A model generated the notes under the pieces. It worked only from the letters and a program-made list of their open reading frames with translations. It had not been told where the DNA came from and ran no database searches. Of a DNA stretch of 64,000 bases, positions 8,709-18,902 are shown one piece after another (within the stretch, counting starts at the first letter, position 1; each line of letters opens with the position of its first letter). Both the position numbers and the translations under genes were made by a program. This stretch comes from Bacteroidetes bacterium ADurb.Bin037 (GTDB lineage Bacteria > Bacteroidota > Bacteroidia > Bacteroidales > UBA932), in assembly GCA_002071175.1 (NCBI GenBank), contig MWER01000013.1, forward strand, positions 71,412 through 135,411, in the 5' to 3' direction.

Positions 8709-9488
8709 TTATGTTGATGAGATTTTACCGGCCAATGTATAAAAGAGCCGGAGTGAATATTTATGGATGTAAGCCATAAGGAGCTCCTTGCCCCCTATAA
8801 GCTTGCGGTGTTTTCGTTTGTCTATGGCCCTGACGGCTACGCGTCCGCAACGGTCCACATCCATACCCTGCTCCTGTCCCTGGTCCATCTTGCCGTAGAC
8901 ACCTCCATCTCCCAGGATGGCACTTTTGCTGATCTGGGTACGGATCCTTCCCGGTATAAGGAAAGTAACCTTAATATTCGGGTTCTCCAGGTCAAGAGAT
9001 TCAAAGAAGCCGAAAAGTGCATGCTTGGAAGCACAGTACGCCGAACGGAGCGGAAACCCAAAAAGACCTGAAATGGATGTTACGACAGCGATCTGAACAT
9101 CGCTCTTCTGCCGGATAAGCCAAGCCAAACTTTTGATCAGGTAAACATGACCGAAAAAATTGACGTTCATAAGTTTCCTGTCCACTTCAAACGTACTGTC
9201 AAAAGCCTTTGCCCTTTGAGAAATCCCGGCATTCAACACGTAAATGTCCGGCACTATCCGCTCTTCTTTTACAAATGCTGCCAATGCATCTATAGTTTCC
9301 GTATCTTCCAAGTCCAAAGGAAATACCCGGGTATCCGCCCCTGCCTGACGACACTGCTGCGCCACCCGTTCGAGGTCGTCCCGTACCAGTCCCGTAAGCA
9401 ACAGGGAAGCACCCCGGCCCGCATACACTTTAGCTATTGACTCTCCGATCCCGGAACCTGCTCCGGTGATTAATACCGTTTTTTTCAT
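8709..9488 (-). CDS. SDR-family oxidoreductase
   Basis: Start moved to MKKTVLITGAGSGIGESIA (ATG 9488, ATGA overlap with the upstream peptidase stop). Carries the TGxxxGxG Rossmann motif, NAGI and YCASKHAL (YxxxK). Confidence 0.85.
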   Translation of the reverse strand: MKKTVLITGAGSGIGESIAKVYAGRGASLLLTGLVRDDLERVAQQCRQAGADTRVFPLDLEDTETIDALAAFVKEERIVPDIYVLNAGISQRAKAFDSTFEVDRKLMNVNFFGHVYLIKSLAWLIRQKSDVQIAVVTSISGLFGFPLRSAYCASKHALFGFFESLDLENPNIKVTFLIPGRIRTQISKSAILGDGGVYGKMDQGQEQGMDVDRCGRVAVRAIDKRKHRKLIGGKELLMAYIHKYSLRLFYTLAGKISST

Positions 9489-10399
9489 CTTACGATCAAT
9501 CTGCGCCCAATTCTCAAAATCGCCGTTGACGATATACCGTTCCAACTGCATATTTGCCTGACGGTAGTACCGTATTTTAGGGCCAAAGCCCCCAAGGTAT
9601 CTCCCGACTTTATCGTATGAACGATCCTTTGTGAAGCTGCCAACGATTCTTCGTCAGTCTGGCCGTAATGAGAATATATGCTGAAATAATGTTTTTTAAG
9701 AATAAAAAGGGTATCACGCAACGTCCCGTTCTCGAAATCAATGATCCGTTCCGGATCGAAAGCCTTCCCCTTGTACCGTACCTCGAAATGCAAATGGGGT
9801 CCCGTACTTCTGCCCGTATTTCCTCCCAGTCCTATTACCTCCCCCGCCTTTACGATCTCCCCCATATCTACTAAAAAATGGGAAAGATGTCCGTAATACG
9901 TTTCCAGTCCGTTCGGATGCCTGACGACCAAAAGATTGCCGTAACCTCCCGTATTCCTTGTCGTCTCCTTCACCCGTACCACACCGTTAAATGCTACCCG
10001 TATCGAGTCCCCCCGGGAAAGAGCGATGTCCGTACCCCTGTGTTCCCTGACCCGCCTGAAGGCATAACCGCTTTTGACCTTGTCCATGATGGGACAGCAG
10101 AAGCCCTGCAACGAGTCGGAAAGAACGAGCGTCACTTGATCGGGAATATCTTCCAGCGGGACTTCCTTGTAGGCGTGAATGGACGATGAGTCCCAGTCTT
10201 CGAACAACACATCCTCATCGAACACGGGTTTTCCCAGATCAAGGTATTTCCAGGTGAAATCTTCGTACAGTACTATTCTTGTGAATTTGTCCCCGGTGGG
10301 CAAGGTATCTATCGGCTCGGGGCGTTGAATCCCTGTTTCCTGAGCCGGTGAAACGCAATAAATGAAAAAACAGACAAATAAGAACCCTATTCTTTTCAA
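9485..10399 (-). CDS. M23-family metallopeptidase with C-terminal LysM domain
   Basis: HRGTDIAL, GGYGNLLVVRHPNGLETYYGHLS and GNTGRSTGPHLHFEV (M23 HxxxD / HxH motifs). LysM: HTIKSGDTLGALALKYGTTVRQICSWNGI. Start placed at TTG 10399 (LKRIGFLFVCFFIYCVSPAQE signal peptide), because the longer ORF overlaps the divergent permease gene. Confidence 0.85.
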   Translation of the reverse strand: MKRIGFLFVCFFIYCVSPAQETGIQRPEPIDTLPTGDKFTRIVLYEDFTWKYLDLGKPVFDEDVLFEDWDSSSIHAYKEVPLEDIPDQVTLVLSDSLQGFCCPIMDKVKSGYAFRRVREHRGTDIALSRGDSIRVAFNGVVRVKETTRNTGGYGNLLVVRHPNGLETYYGHLSHFLVDMGEIVKAGEVIGLGGNTGRSTGPHLHFEVRYKGKAFDPERIIDFENGTLRDTLFILKKHYFSIYSHYGQTDEESLAASQRIVHTIKSGDTLGALALKYGTTVRQICSWNGISSTAILRIGRRLIVR

Positions 10400-10465
10400 A
10401 CTAAAGGAATATGTAAATTTACCCGTACAAATATAATGGTTTTTTAATACCAACCGTTTTTCATT

Positions 10466-10473
10466 TATCTTTG
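10466..10473 (+). promoter_or_regulatory. -7 promoter box TATCTTTG only 5 nt before the permease ATG (possibly a leaderless or very short-leader mRNA)
   Basis: Matches the TAnnTTTG consensus. The ATG is at 10479. Confidence 0.35.
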
Positions 10474-10478
10474 TTGTG

Positions 10479-11483
10479 ATGAAAAGGCTTTGGTTACCGC
10501 TTCTTTTATTGTTGTTCATGATCGCGGACATATTTCTGGGATCTGTAAGACTTCCTGCTGCAGAAGTGTGGTCTGCCCTGCTGTCGGAAGAATCTTCGGA
10601 TTTCGTGTATAAAATTGTCTGGAATTTCAGGATTCCCAAAATGATCACGGCACTCCTGGCAGGCATGGCTCTGTCGGTCTGCGGCGTCCAAATGCAGACC
10701 TTGTTCCGAAACCCCCTGGCAGATCCTTATGTGCTGGGGATCAGTTCCGGAGCAGGTCTGGGAGTTGCCTTTTTTGTCATGGGTACGTCATTATTCGGAA
10801 TACAAGCCCTGATCCCCTGGCTGTCGGATCTGGGTACTGCGGCTTTTGCATGGATAGGAGCCCTTTCCGTGATGCTGCTGATCGTGGCCGCTTCCAAAAG
10901 ACTGAAAAGCAACATGACCCTGCTCATTCTGGGTGTCATGATAGGATCTGCCGGATCCGCCCTCATTGGTTTGATCCAGTATTTTTCAAATGCCCCCGCA
11001 TTAAAATCCTATATCCTCTGGACCATGGGCAGTTTTGGGAACGTTACGGGAAACAGGTTACTGATCATGTCAGGTCTTTGCCTGACGGGACTGCTGATCT
11101 CCGTTTTCAATATCAAGGACCTGAATGTGCTGTTGATGGGTGAACAATATGCACGGAACCTTGGGATAAACATATCATGGGTCAGGAACAGGATCTTTGT
11201 GGCTACGACATTACTGGCCGGAAGCGTAACGGCATTCTGCGGCCCTATAGGATTCATAGGGATTGCAGTGCCCCACATATCACGAATGATATTCAACAAC
11301 GCCAACCACCGTATCATGATCCCGGCATCGGCCCTGACAGGCTCCTGCATGATGATCCTGGCAGACATCATATCCCAATTGCCCGGATCACAAAGGGTAG
11401 TGCCCGTCAATACGGTGACCGCCCTGATGGGCATTCCGGTAATCATCTATGTGATCTTTAAAAACAGGGCTGTGGAATTATGA
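10479..11483 (+). CDS. FecCD/BtuC-family ABC transporter permease (iron-siderophore / cobalamin type)
   Basis: ~334 aa with ~9-10 TM segments. Family-typical segments LADPYVLGISSGAGLG and TALMGIPVIIYVI. The stop overlaps the ATPase start. Confidence 0.85.
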   Translation: MKRLWLPLLLLLFMIADIFLGSVRLPAAEVWSALLSEESSDFVYKIVWNFRIPKMITALLAGMALSVCGVQMQTLFRNPLADPYVLGISSGAGLGVAFFVMGTSLFGIQALIPWLSDLGTAAFAWIGALSVMLLIVAASKRLKSNMTLLILGVMIGSAGSALIGLIQYFSNAPALKSYILWTMGSFGNVTGNRLLIMSGLCLTGLLISVFNIKDLNVLLMGEQYARNLGINISWVRNRIFVATTLLAGSVTAFCGPIGFIGIAVPHISRMIFNNANHRIMIPASALTGSCMMILADIISQLPGSQRVVPVNTVTALMGIPVIIYVIFKNRAVEL

Positions 11484-12178
11484 CCGTAACGCTTGATATA
11501 CAGGACCTGACCATAGGCTATTCAAAACATACTCCCCTGTTTGAGCAGATCAACGCACAACTTGGCAGCCGAAAAGTGACCGGACTGCTCGGTCCCAACG
11601 GTATTGGAAAGTCTACCCTGTTGAAAACGCTCGCCGGCCTGATACCTCCGCTGAAAGGATCCATTCAGCCTGCCGTCAGGGAGAAAAACGGCAACTTATG
11701 TGCTTTCGTCTCTTCCCAGCCACCCAGGGCGGCTTATTTTTCAGTACGCGATACCGTAAGTACCGGCAGGTACCGCTATACGAATTGGCTGGGTATTGAA
11801 AATCAGGAAGGCAAGCAAATGGTTTCAAAAGTTATGGAACTTACAGGCATCGCCCATCTTGCAGACAGGAACAGTGCCGATCTGTCCGACGGTGAGTTCC
11901 AACGCGTGGCCATTGCACGGGCACTGGTCCAGGACACCCCCCTGATCATTCTGGATGAACCGACTGCTTTCCTGGATATCGCCAACAAGCGTGCCATGGG
12001 TCTGTTACTCAGAAAACTGGCTGCCGAAGAAAATAAAGGGATTCTCTTTTCCACACATGATCTTTCTTTGGCCATGGAGCATTGCGATCTTTTCTGGATC
12101 ATGACTCCTGACGGGATATTACACCAAGGCACACCTGCGGAAATGGAACAAAATGGAATTATAAAACGTTTATACTGA
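11480..12178 (+). CDS. ABC transporter ATP-binding protein (FecE/BtuD-like)
   Basis: Walker A GPNGIGKST, signature LSDGEFQRVAIARAL, Walker B LIILDEPTAFLD, H-loop STHDL. Confidence 0.85.
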   Translation: MTVTLDIQDLTIGYSKHTPLFEQINAQLGSRKVTGLLGPNGIGKSTLLKTLAGLIPPLKGSIQPAVREKNGNLCAFVSSQPPRAAYFSVRDTVSTGRYRYTNWLGIENQEGKQMVSKVMELTGIAHLADRNSADLSDGEFQRVAIARALVQDTPLIILDEPTAFLDIANKRAMGLLLRKLAAEENKGILFSTHDLSLAMEHCDLFWIMTPDGILHQGTPAEMEQNGIIKRLY

Positions 12179-12185
12179 ATATATT

Positions 12186-12779
12186 ATGAAAATATTAGAC
12201 TACATAAGAAATAACCGGTCCTGCAGAAGGTTCATACAGGAAGCAAAGATCAGCCGGGAAGAACTGGAATCCATGATAGAGGCTGCCCGGTTGAGCCCTT
12301 CGGCCGGCAACAGGCAACCCCTGCGATATATCCTGTGCGAGAACGGAGACGGTCCCCTGGGAAGGAAAATATTCGAATGCCTGGCCTGGGCGGCCTACCT
12401 GAAAGATTGGAACGGCCCTGAAGAAGGAGAACGGCCAAGTGCTTATATCATTGTACTTCACGACAGGTCGGGAAATCAGGAAATCCGTTGCGATGCAGGG
12501 ATTGCCATGCAAAGTATGCTCCTCCAGGCCGTCTCCCTCGGTTACGGAGGTTGCATTTTCGCATCTGTGAACCGTCCGGTGTTGATCAATCATTTAGGCC
12601 TGCAGGATCAATACGACATATTGTATGTAGTAGCAGTGGGCAAACCGGCCGAAACTATTGTCATGGAAAAAATAAACCCCGACCTCCCGGCCGGGGAAAA
12701 TATCAAATATTGGAGAGATGCGAACGGCATACATCACGTACCCAAACGTTCGCTGAAAGATCTTATTATTGACCTTTAG
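12186..12779 (+). CDS. Nitroreductase-family protein
   Basis: N-terminal RRSCRRF-type motif (NRSCRRFIQE), then ARLSPSAGNRQP. ~197 aa, typical of the family. Confidence 0.8.
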   Translation: MKILDYIRNNRSCRRFIQEAKISREELESMIEAARLSPSAGNRQPLRYILCENGDGPLGRKIFECLAWAAYLKDWNGPEEGERPSAYIIVLHDRSGNQEIRCDAGIAMQSMLLQAVSLGYGGCIFASVNRPVLINHLGLQDQYDILYVVAVGKPAETIVMEKINPDLPAGENIKYWRDANGIHHVPKRSLKDLIIDL

Positions 12780-13980
12780 CTTTCTTATCCTGCATCATTT
12801 TACGGATCGCGTTGGCCAGGCGGCGGACACCTTCTTCGGCACGCGTTTCTTCCATATAGGAGAAATTGATACGAAGGGTATTCTTCCCCGATCCGTCACA
12901 GTGGAATGCCTCTCCTATTACAAAGGCCACATCTTCATTGATAGCGATCCGGAATAATTCGGAAGTATCGTAACCTTCAGGCAACGTTACAAACAGGAAA
13001 AGTCCCCCCTCCGGATTGGTCCAGGTAACGCCTTCCGGCATATACTTCTCAAATGCCGCGATCATATTGTCCCTCTTGTTCCGGTAATTGATCTTGATCC
13101 GTTCAACGTTCTTGTCAAAATATCCCTTTTCTATAAAGCGGGCAACGATGAACTGATTGAACACGGGAGCACACAAGTCTGCGGATTGTTTTACGATCTC
13201 AAGCCTTTCAATGATCTTGACCGGAGCCATGATCCATCCCAGACGGAACCCGGGAAGGAATGTCTTGGAGAAGGTCCCCAGTAACAATGTGCGGCCTTCC
13301 TTATCCATGGAATAGATCTGAGGCATCGGTTCCCCGCTGAAACGGATCTCACGGTAAGGACTGTCTTCAAGGACCAGCAGATCAAATTTGCTGGCAACAT
13401 CCAATACATTCTGTCTTTGCTCAATGTTCATGGTGACACCCGACGGATTCTGGAAATCAGGGATGGCATATATGAACTTCGGTTTTTTCCCGGCAGCCAC
13501 CAACGCATTGACAACCGTATGGAGTTCTTCATCCTTCGGGATCCCGACCGGATTTGCCCTGTGGGCATAGAATGCCTGGAGTGCACCAAGGTATGAGGGC
13601 AATCCGCAAACGATCGTGTCACCCGGATTTATAAAAAGCTGTGTCACCATATCTATGGCCTGTTGTGACGAAGTAGTGATAATAAAATTCTCATATGTCA
13701 CATCTATACCCTGATCACGGTAACGCTGTGCAAGTATTTCGCGCAGTTTCTTTACACCCAGAGTCTCTCCGTACTGCAACGCCTGGATTGCGTTCTCATC
13801 TAGTACTTCCTGGATCACCGTTCTGAGTTCATCTACAGGGAATGCGGTAATATCAGGAAATCCTCCGCCAAATGATATAATCTCTGGACGGGTAGCCATT
13901 TTAAGAAGGTCCCTGATAGCGGAACGTCGCATATTTTTAGCGTTTTCGGAAATAATGGATTTTAAATAATCTTCTTGCAT
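12766..13980 (-). CDS. PLP-dependent aminotransferase (class I/II, LysN/PatA-like)
   Basis: 404 aa. SFGGGFPD, YIPDFQNPSG and the PLP-lysine region GTFSKTFLPGFRLGW. Confidence 0.85.
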   Translation of the reverse strand: MQEDYLKSIISENAKNMRRSAIRDLLKMATRPEIISFGGGFPDITAFPVDELRTVIQEVLDENAIQALQYGETLGVKKLREILAQRYRDQGIDVTYENFIITTSSQQAIDMVTQLFINPGDTIVCGLPSYLGALQAFYAHRANPVGIPKDEELHTVVNALVAAGKKPKFIYAIPDFQNPSGVTMNIEQRQNVLDVASKFDLLVLEDSPYREIRFSGEPMPQIYSMDKEGRTLLLGTFSKTFLPGFRLGWIMAPVKIIERLEIVKQSADLCAPVFNQFIVARFIEKGYFDKNVERIKINYRNKRDNMIAAFEKYMPEGVTWTNPEGGLFLFVTLPEGYDTSELFRIAINEDVAFVIGEAFHCDGSGKNTLRINFSYMEETRAEEGVRRLANAIRKMMQDKKAKGQ

Positions 13981-14111
13981 AATTTGAATTGTTTTAATTA
14001 AACAAAACTAAATAAGTTTAACCATAAAAGCAAAAATACTGTCAAATACATAGTAGAAGGGTCTGATAAAGATAAAATCATAAGTCCTAAGGCTCACTCG
14101 AATAAATGTCT

Positions 14112-14119
14112 TACATTTG
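14112..14119 (+). promoter_or_regulatory. -7 promoter box TACATTTG upstream of queD
   Basis: Matches the TAnnTTTG consensus, 19 nt before ATG 14138. Confidence 0.4.
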
Positions 14120-14137
14120 TAAGAATTATCGCATTAT

Positions 14138-14569
14138 ATGTCACAATTATATATTACCAGAGAATTTCGTTTTGAAGGATCACATGCACTGACCGGTTAT
14201 AATGGGAAATGCCGCCATATACACGGACACTCCTACCGCCTGATGGTAACGGTAAGCGGAGAACCTTCCCTAATCCCGGGAGATCCCAAGTCGGGGATGA
14301 TAATGGATTTTAACGACCTTAAAAAAATTGTAACACAATATGTGCTGGATCCCCTGGACCACTCGCTGATGTTGCGTAAAGACGCTCCGCTATCCAAGGA
14401 ACTTCAGGCGCAATATGACAATATCAGAATCTTTGATTTCCAACCCACCTGCGAGCAACTGACCCTGTACATAGCCCAGATCCTCGATCCGGTCATCACG
14501 CCACCCAACCAACTCCATAGTGTCCGATTGTATGAAACCCCTACATCATTTGCCGAATGGGTGAAATGA
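14138..14569 (+). CDS. queD: 6-carboxy-5,6,7,8-tetrahydropterin synthase
   Basis: 143 aa. FRFEGSHALTGYNGKCRHIHGHSYRL (Cys-x3-H-x-H-G-H zinc/catalytic motif of QueD/PTPS). Confidence 0.85.
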   Translation: MSQLYITREFRFEGSHALTGYNGKCRHIHGHSYRLMVTVSGEPSLIPGDPKSGMIMDFNDLKKIVTQYVLDPLDHSLMLRKDAPLSKELQAQYDNIRIFDFQPTCEQLTLYIAQILDPVITPPNQLHSVRLYETPTSFAEWVK

Positions 14570-17196
14570 AACGAATATTCATGATCGACGGACACGCTCT
14601 GGTTTACCGGGCGTACTTCGCTTTTATCAACCGCCCGATGATCAATACCAAAGGAGTGGACACATCGGCCGTATACGGTTTCTGCCGTTCCCTATTCGAT
14701 ATTATCCTTAAAGAAAAACCTACCCATCTTTTCGTTGCCTTTGATCCGGGCGGAAAGAACTTCCGGCATGAAGCCTTCCCCGAGTACAAGGCCAACAGGC
14801 CTGAAACCCCTGCCGTTATCCGGGAATCGCTTCCCGTGATCAACCAATTCCTTGAATCCTGCAACATACCGGTGATCACCGTCCCGAATGCGGAAGCCGA
14901 CGATGTGATCGGGACCCTGTCAAAAAGGGCAGAAAAGGAAGGATTCCGGGTTTTCATGGTAACTCCAGACAAAGACTACGGACAACTGGTTTCCGATAAT
15001 ATCGCAATGTACAAGCCGCTTTCCCGGGGAGACGGATGGGAAATTCTGGGAACGAAGGAGATCTGCGAAAAATACGACATCAGCGATCCGCAGCAGGTTA
15101 TTGACATTTTGGCCATCTGGGGTGATGCTTCGGACAATATTCCGGGAGTCAGGGGCATTGGAGAAGTAGGAGCCAAAAAACTCGTTTCACGGTACGGAAA
15201 TATTGACAATATACTGCAGCATTTACCGGAATTGTCTTCTTCGTTACAGCAAAAACTGGAACAATCCAGGGATATGCTCAGCCTTTCGAAGGATTTGGTT
15301 ACAATCCGTACGAAACTTGACATTCCCTGGAACGAGGAATCTTTCAGGATCAGTGCCCCCGATCTGGGACGCCTTAAAGAATTGTTACGCGAATATGAAT
15401 TCCATTCCCTGAACAGGCTCCTGCCTAAGTTAGAAGAGCTTTTTTGCTGTTTTCAGGATGAGGCAGCTCCTACCCTGTCAACACCTCAAACATACGTGAT
15501 GGCAGAAGATCCGGAGGAATGGGAAAAAGCCCTCGAAGAAGCACAAAAAAAAGGGATGGTATCGTTGGCCGGTAACTGTTCCCGCATGGCTTTCTGTACG
15601 GGAAACAAAACATATATCACTACCGCTTCTCAGGCAGCCTCCCTGCTCGAAGATAAAAACATCGAAAAATGCGGGTTCAAGCTTAAAGACCTCATGTTGC
15701 CGCTGTGGAAACAGGGCATTTCTCTTGCCGGAACGCTTTGGGACCCTGAATTGATGCATTACCTGATCAATCCGGAGAGAAACCACCGTCCCACCGATCT
15801 GGCCATACAATACCTCAATTATTTCCCGGAAGAAAAAGCGGAACCAAGCAGGGATCTTTTCCAGACGGAAAATGTCGAAAGCTATGAAGACGGGAACATC
15901 GCAACGGAAGCGTTCATCGCATACCATCTGAAAGAACCGCTTAACGGAGTATTGATCAAGGACGGCATGGACGGTCTCTACAGGGACGTTGAAATGCCGT
16001 TGATGGAGGTCCTGGCCGACATGGAACGGGAAGGAGTACGGGTAGATACCGGACCGCTTGAAGAATACGGCAGGGAATTGAACCGTACTGCCCTGGATAT
16101 TGAAAAACAAATACGTGAATATGCTTCGGAACCTACGTTGAACGTATCTTCACCCAAACAGCTGGGAATCGTTTTATATGATAAACTCAAGATAGACGAC
16201 AGAACGAAAAAAGGGAAGAAACAATATACTACCGATGAAGAAACCCTCAGTGCACTGGCCGACCGTCATCCGATAATCCCCCTTATACTCGAATACAGAT
16301 CTTTAAAAAAACTGCTTTCCACCTATATCGAAAGCCTTCCGTTACTGATAGAACCTACTACCGGCCGTATCCATACCACATTCAACCAGACCGTTACAGC
16401 CACAGGAAGGCTCAGTTCCCAGAAACCCAATCTGCAGAACATCCCTATCAGGGAAGAAAGGGGCCGGGAGATCAGGAAATTCTTCATTCCCAAAGATGAA
16501 GAGCATATCCTCATGTCGGCCGACTATTCTCAGATCGAGTTGCGGATCATGGCTCATATGAGCGGTGATCCGGATTTCATTGCCGCCTTTCATGCAGGGG
16601 CGGACATCCATACGGCAACGGCCGCAAAGATCTTCCATTGCAGCCGGGAGGAAGTTTCCCCCGAACAAAGGAACAAGGCAAAAACGGCAAACTTCGGGAT
16701 CATTTACGGCATTTCCGCATTCGGACTGGCCACAAGGCTCAGGATCCCCAGGTCGGAAGCAAAAGATCTGATTGACGGATATTTTGAGCATTATCCAAAA
16801 GTCAAGGAATATATAGACAACACCATTGCGATGGCCAAAGAAAAGGGATACGTGCAAACATTATTTAACCGCAGACGGTATGCTCCGGACCTTAAAGCCG
16901 TCAATGCAGTACTTAGGGGACTGGCGGAACGGAACGCCATCAACGCACCTATTCAGGGAACGGCTGCAGATATAATCAAGAAAGCCATGGTTTCGGTCCA
17001 CAGGGCCATGGTCCAACAAGGTCTCCGGAGCCGGATGATCCTGCAAGTGCATGATGAATTGCTCTTTGATATATACCTTCCCGAAAAAGAAACGGTGGAA
17101 CGACTGGTGCGTTCCCATATGGAAAACACAGCCATTTTGAGCGTACCGCTAGAAGTAAGCATAGGATTTGGAAATAACTGGCTTGAAGCACACTAA
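14566..17196 (+). CDS. polA: DNA polymerase I
   Basis: 5' nuclease N-terminus (MKRIFMIDGHALVYRAYFAF; GIGEVGAKKL). Polymerase motifs A DYSQIELR, B RNKAKTANFGIIYG and C QVHDELLF. Start set at the second ATG (14566), which forms an ATGA overlap with the queD stop; the track start is 14557. Confidence 0.95.
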   Translation: MKRIFMIDGHALVYRAYFAFINRPMINTKGVDTSAVYGFCRSLFDIILKEKPTHLFVAFDPGGKNFRHEAFPEYKANRPETPAVIRESLPVINQFLESCNIPVITVPNAEADDVIGTLSKRAEKEGFRVFMVTPDKDYGQLVSDNIAMYKPLSRGDGWEILGTKEICEKYDISDPQQVIDILAIWGDASDNIPGVRGIGEVGAKKLVSRYGNIDNILQHLPELSSSLQQKLEQSRDMLSLSKDLVTIRTKLDIPWNEESFRISAPDLGRLKELLREYEFHSLNRLLPKLEELFCCFQDEAAPTLSTPQTYVMAEDPEEWEKALEEAQKKGMVSLAGNCSRMAFCTGNKTYITTASQAASLLEDKNIEKCGFKLKDLMLPLWKQGISLAGTLWDPELMHYLINPERNHRPTDLAIQYLNYFPEEKAEPSRDLFQTENVESYEDGNIATEAFIAYHLKEPLNGVLIKDGMDGLYRDVEMPLMEVLADMEREGVRVDTGPLEEYGRELNRTALDIEKQIREYASEPTLNVSSPKQLGIVLYDKLKIDDRTKKGKKQYTTDEETLSALADRHPIIPLILEYRSLKKLLSTYIESLPLLIEPTTGRIHTTFNQTVTATGRLSSQKPNLQNIPIREERGREIRKFFIPKDEEHILMSADYSQIELRIMAHMSGDPDFIAAFHAGADIHTATAAKIFHCSREEVSPEQRNKAKTANFGIIYGISAFGLATRLRIPRSEAKDLIDGYFEHYPKVKEYIDNTIAMAKEKGYVQTLFNRRRYAPDLKAVNAVLRGLAERNAINAPIQGTAADIIKKAMVSVHRAMVQQGLRSRMILQVHDELLFDIYLPEKETVERLVRSHMENTAILSVPLEVSIGFGNNWLEAH

Positions 17197-17206
17197 TCAA
17201 TTGTTT

Positions 17207-18343
17207 ATGGATCTGATGCTCTTATACCAGGAACCGTTCCTGATCATTGCCACCATGGCAATCCTGGCAGTCATCACACTGCTCCTGTGTATTCAATATG
17301 CACGTTCGGCCTTTGCAAAAAGGAAAAGCCCGGATAAACTCCGGGGAGAATTGCCGGGCGTATCGATCGTACTATGCGTACGGAATGAATACGACAACCT
17401 GGTGCGTCTGCTGCCGGCTTTACTGGAACAGGAATACGACCATTTCGAGGTCATTGTGGTAAATAAGAATTCTGAGGATGATACGGAAATATTATTGACC
17501 TCTCTGGAACATTATCATCACAATCTGACTATCAGGAATTTAGCTGCAGACAGAAAGTTCGGTCACGACAATCTGATGGCTCTGGGCATAGGTGTCCGGG
17601 CCGCCCGTTATCCATACGTCGTTTTCTTCAGACCCGATTGCCATCCCTCATCAGAGAAGTGGCTTGCCTCACTGGTAAGGAATATACCGGAAACATCAGC
17701 CACGGCCGTTATAGGATACATCTCGTTTAAAGGGAGCCCTCCCCTGGTCCGTTACGATATGCTGGAACAACAGCTTCACTATATGGCCATGGCCGATCTC
17801 AATCTGGCTTATACTTCCGAAGGAAACAACACCTTGTTTTTAAAAGAAAAACTCATCTCCGGAAAAGAGTTCGACACCATGACAACGACCTATAACCAGT
17901 GTGAACAGGCCATCGTATCCCATGTAACGAGTGAGGGCAAGACCAGATCCTGCATCTATCCGGAAGGTACGGTGACCTTAAACCGCAGGGTCTCCCTGAA
18001 AGAATACCATCTGACACGTATCAGAAATCTGAAAACAATGGTCCTTACAAAAAGCCGGTCGTATCTTTTACTTACTTTCGAGAAAGTTTGCATTGCAGCC
18101 TTTTATGTAATGCTGATCCTGACTATTTTACGCTCGGCCGGAACGTGGAACATCTATGAATTGTCCACGATAGGCGGCATGTTGCTTTTGCGATGGATCA
18201 CCCTTTGGATACACCATGCAGGATATCGTATCCATTTAAGGGAAAAAGAACTTGTTTATGCAGCGCCTTTATGGGATCCGGTATCCGTACTGGTACACTT
18301 TTATTTTCTGGCTGCACTTTTTGTTAAACGCATTAAAAACTGA
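17207..18343 (+). CDS. Membrane-anchored family-2 glycosyltransferase
   Basis: The track start at 17168 is a TTG inside polA, so ATG 17207 (MDLMLLYQEPFLII) is used. GT2 motif VSIVLCVRNEYDNLVRLLPALLEQEYDHFEVIVVNKNSEDDT. Has N- and C-terminal TM segments. Confidence 0.75.
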   Translation: MDLMLLYQEPFLIIATMAILAVITLLLCIQYARSAFAKRKSPDKLRGELPGVSIVLCVRNEYDNLVRLLPALLEQEYDHFEVIVVNKNSEDDTEILLTSLEHYHHNLTIRNLAADRKFGHDNLMALGIGVRAARYPYVVFFRPDCHPSSEKWLASLVRNIPETSATAVIGYISFKGSPPLVRYDMLEQQLHYMAMADLNLAYTSEGNNTLFLKEKLISGKEFDTMTTTYNQCEQAIVSHVTSEGKTRSCIYPEGTVTLNRRVSLKEYHLTRIRNLKTMVLTKSRSYLLLTFEKVCIAAFYVMLILTILRSAGTWNIYELSTIGGMLLLRWITLWIHHAGYRIHLREKELVYAAPLWDPVSVLVHFYFLAALFVKRIKN

Positions 18344-18347
18344 TACG

Positions 18348-18902
18348 ATGCCTCGATCTTTGGATAAGCTGGACGACAGGGCACTGGTAGAACTGGCCCT
18401 GCAAAACAGACAGGAAGCTTATACAAGGCTTCTTGTCAGGCATAAAGACCGGGTGCAAGCCTTTATAAACAAACTGATCGTAGACTCTACGGAAGCCGAA
18501 GATCTGATGCTGATGAGTTTTGACAAAGCGTTCAGGAACCTGAAGCATTACAATCCTAAATATGCTTTCTCCACCTGGTTATACAGCATTGTTCAGAATC
18601 TGTGCATAGATCATTTCAGAAAGAACAGGCAGTTTTTCGTATCCTTGGAAGAAGCACAGGAAACAGAAGACATTAATCCGGAAGAGGTCCTGATAGCAGA
18701 ACAGCAGAGACAGACTATGGAAAACATGATTTCCAAGCTAAAACCCGAATATGCGGAAGTAATCCGGCTCAGGTACATGCAACATTACGCCTATGAAGAA
18801 ATTGCCGCCCAATTGGACACACCCCTGGGTACCGTCAAAACAAGACTTCACAGGGCAAAAGTCATGCTTGCCCGACTCTTCGAGGAGGAAAACAAGGATT
18901 AA
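18348..18902 (+). CDS. Sigma-70 family (ECF-type) RNA polymerase sigma factor
   Basis: Start moved to MPRSLDKL (ATG 18348). Region 2 is FSTWLYSIVQNLCIDHFRK. Region 4 is YAEVIRLRYMQHYAYEEIAAQLDTPLGTVKTRLHRAK. No anti-sigma gene is adjacent. Confidence 0.85.
   Translation: MPRSLDKLDDRALVELALQNRQEAYTRLLVRHKDRVQAFINKLIVDSTEAEDLMLMSFDKAFRNLKHYNPKYAFSTWLYSIVQNLCIDHFRKNRQFFVSLEEAQETEDINPEEVLIAEQQRQTMENMISKLKPEYAEVIRLRYMQHYAYEEIAAQLDTPLGTVKTRLHRAKVMLARLFEEENKD

Noticed and set aside
10400-10478. Cobalamin or other riboswitch ahead of the BtuC/FecCD-type permease
   Set aside because: The spacer is only 79 bp and is occupied by divergent promoter elements, so it is too short for a ~200-nt cobalamin aptamer.
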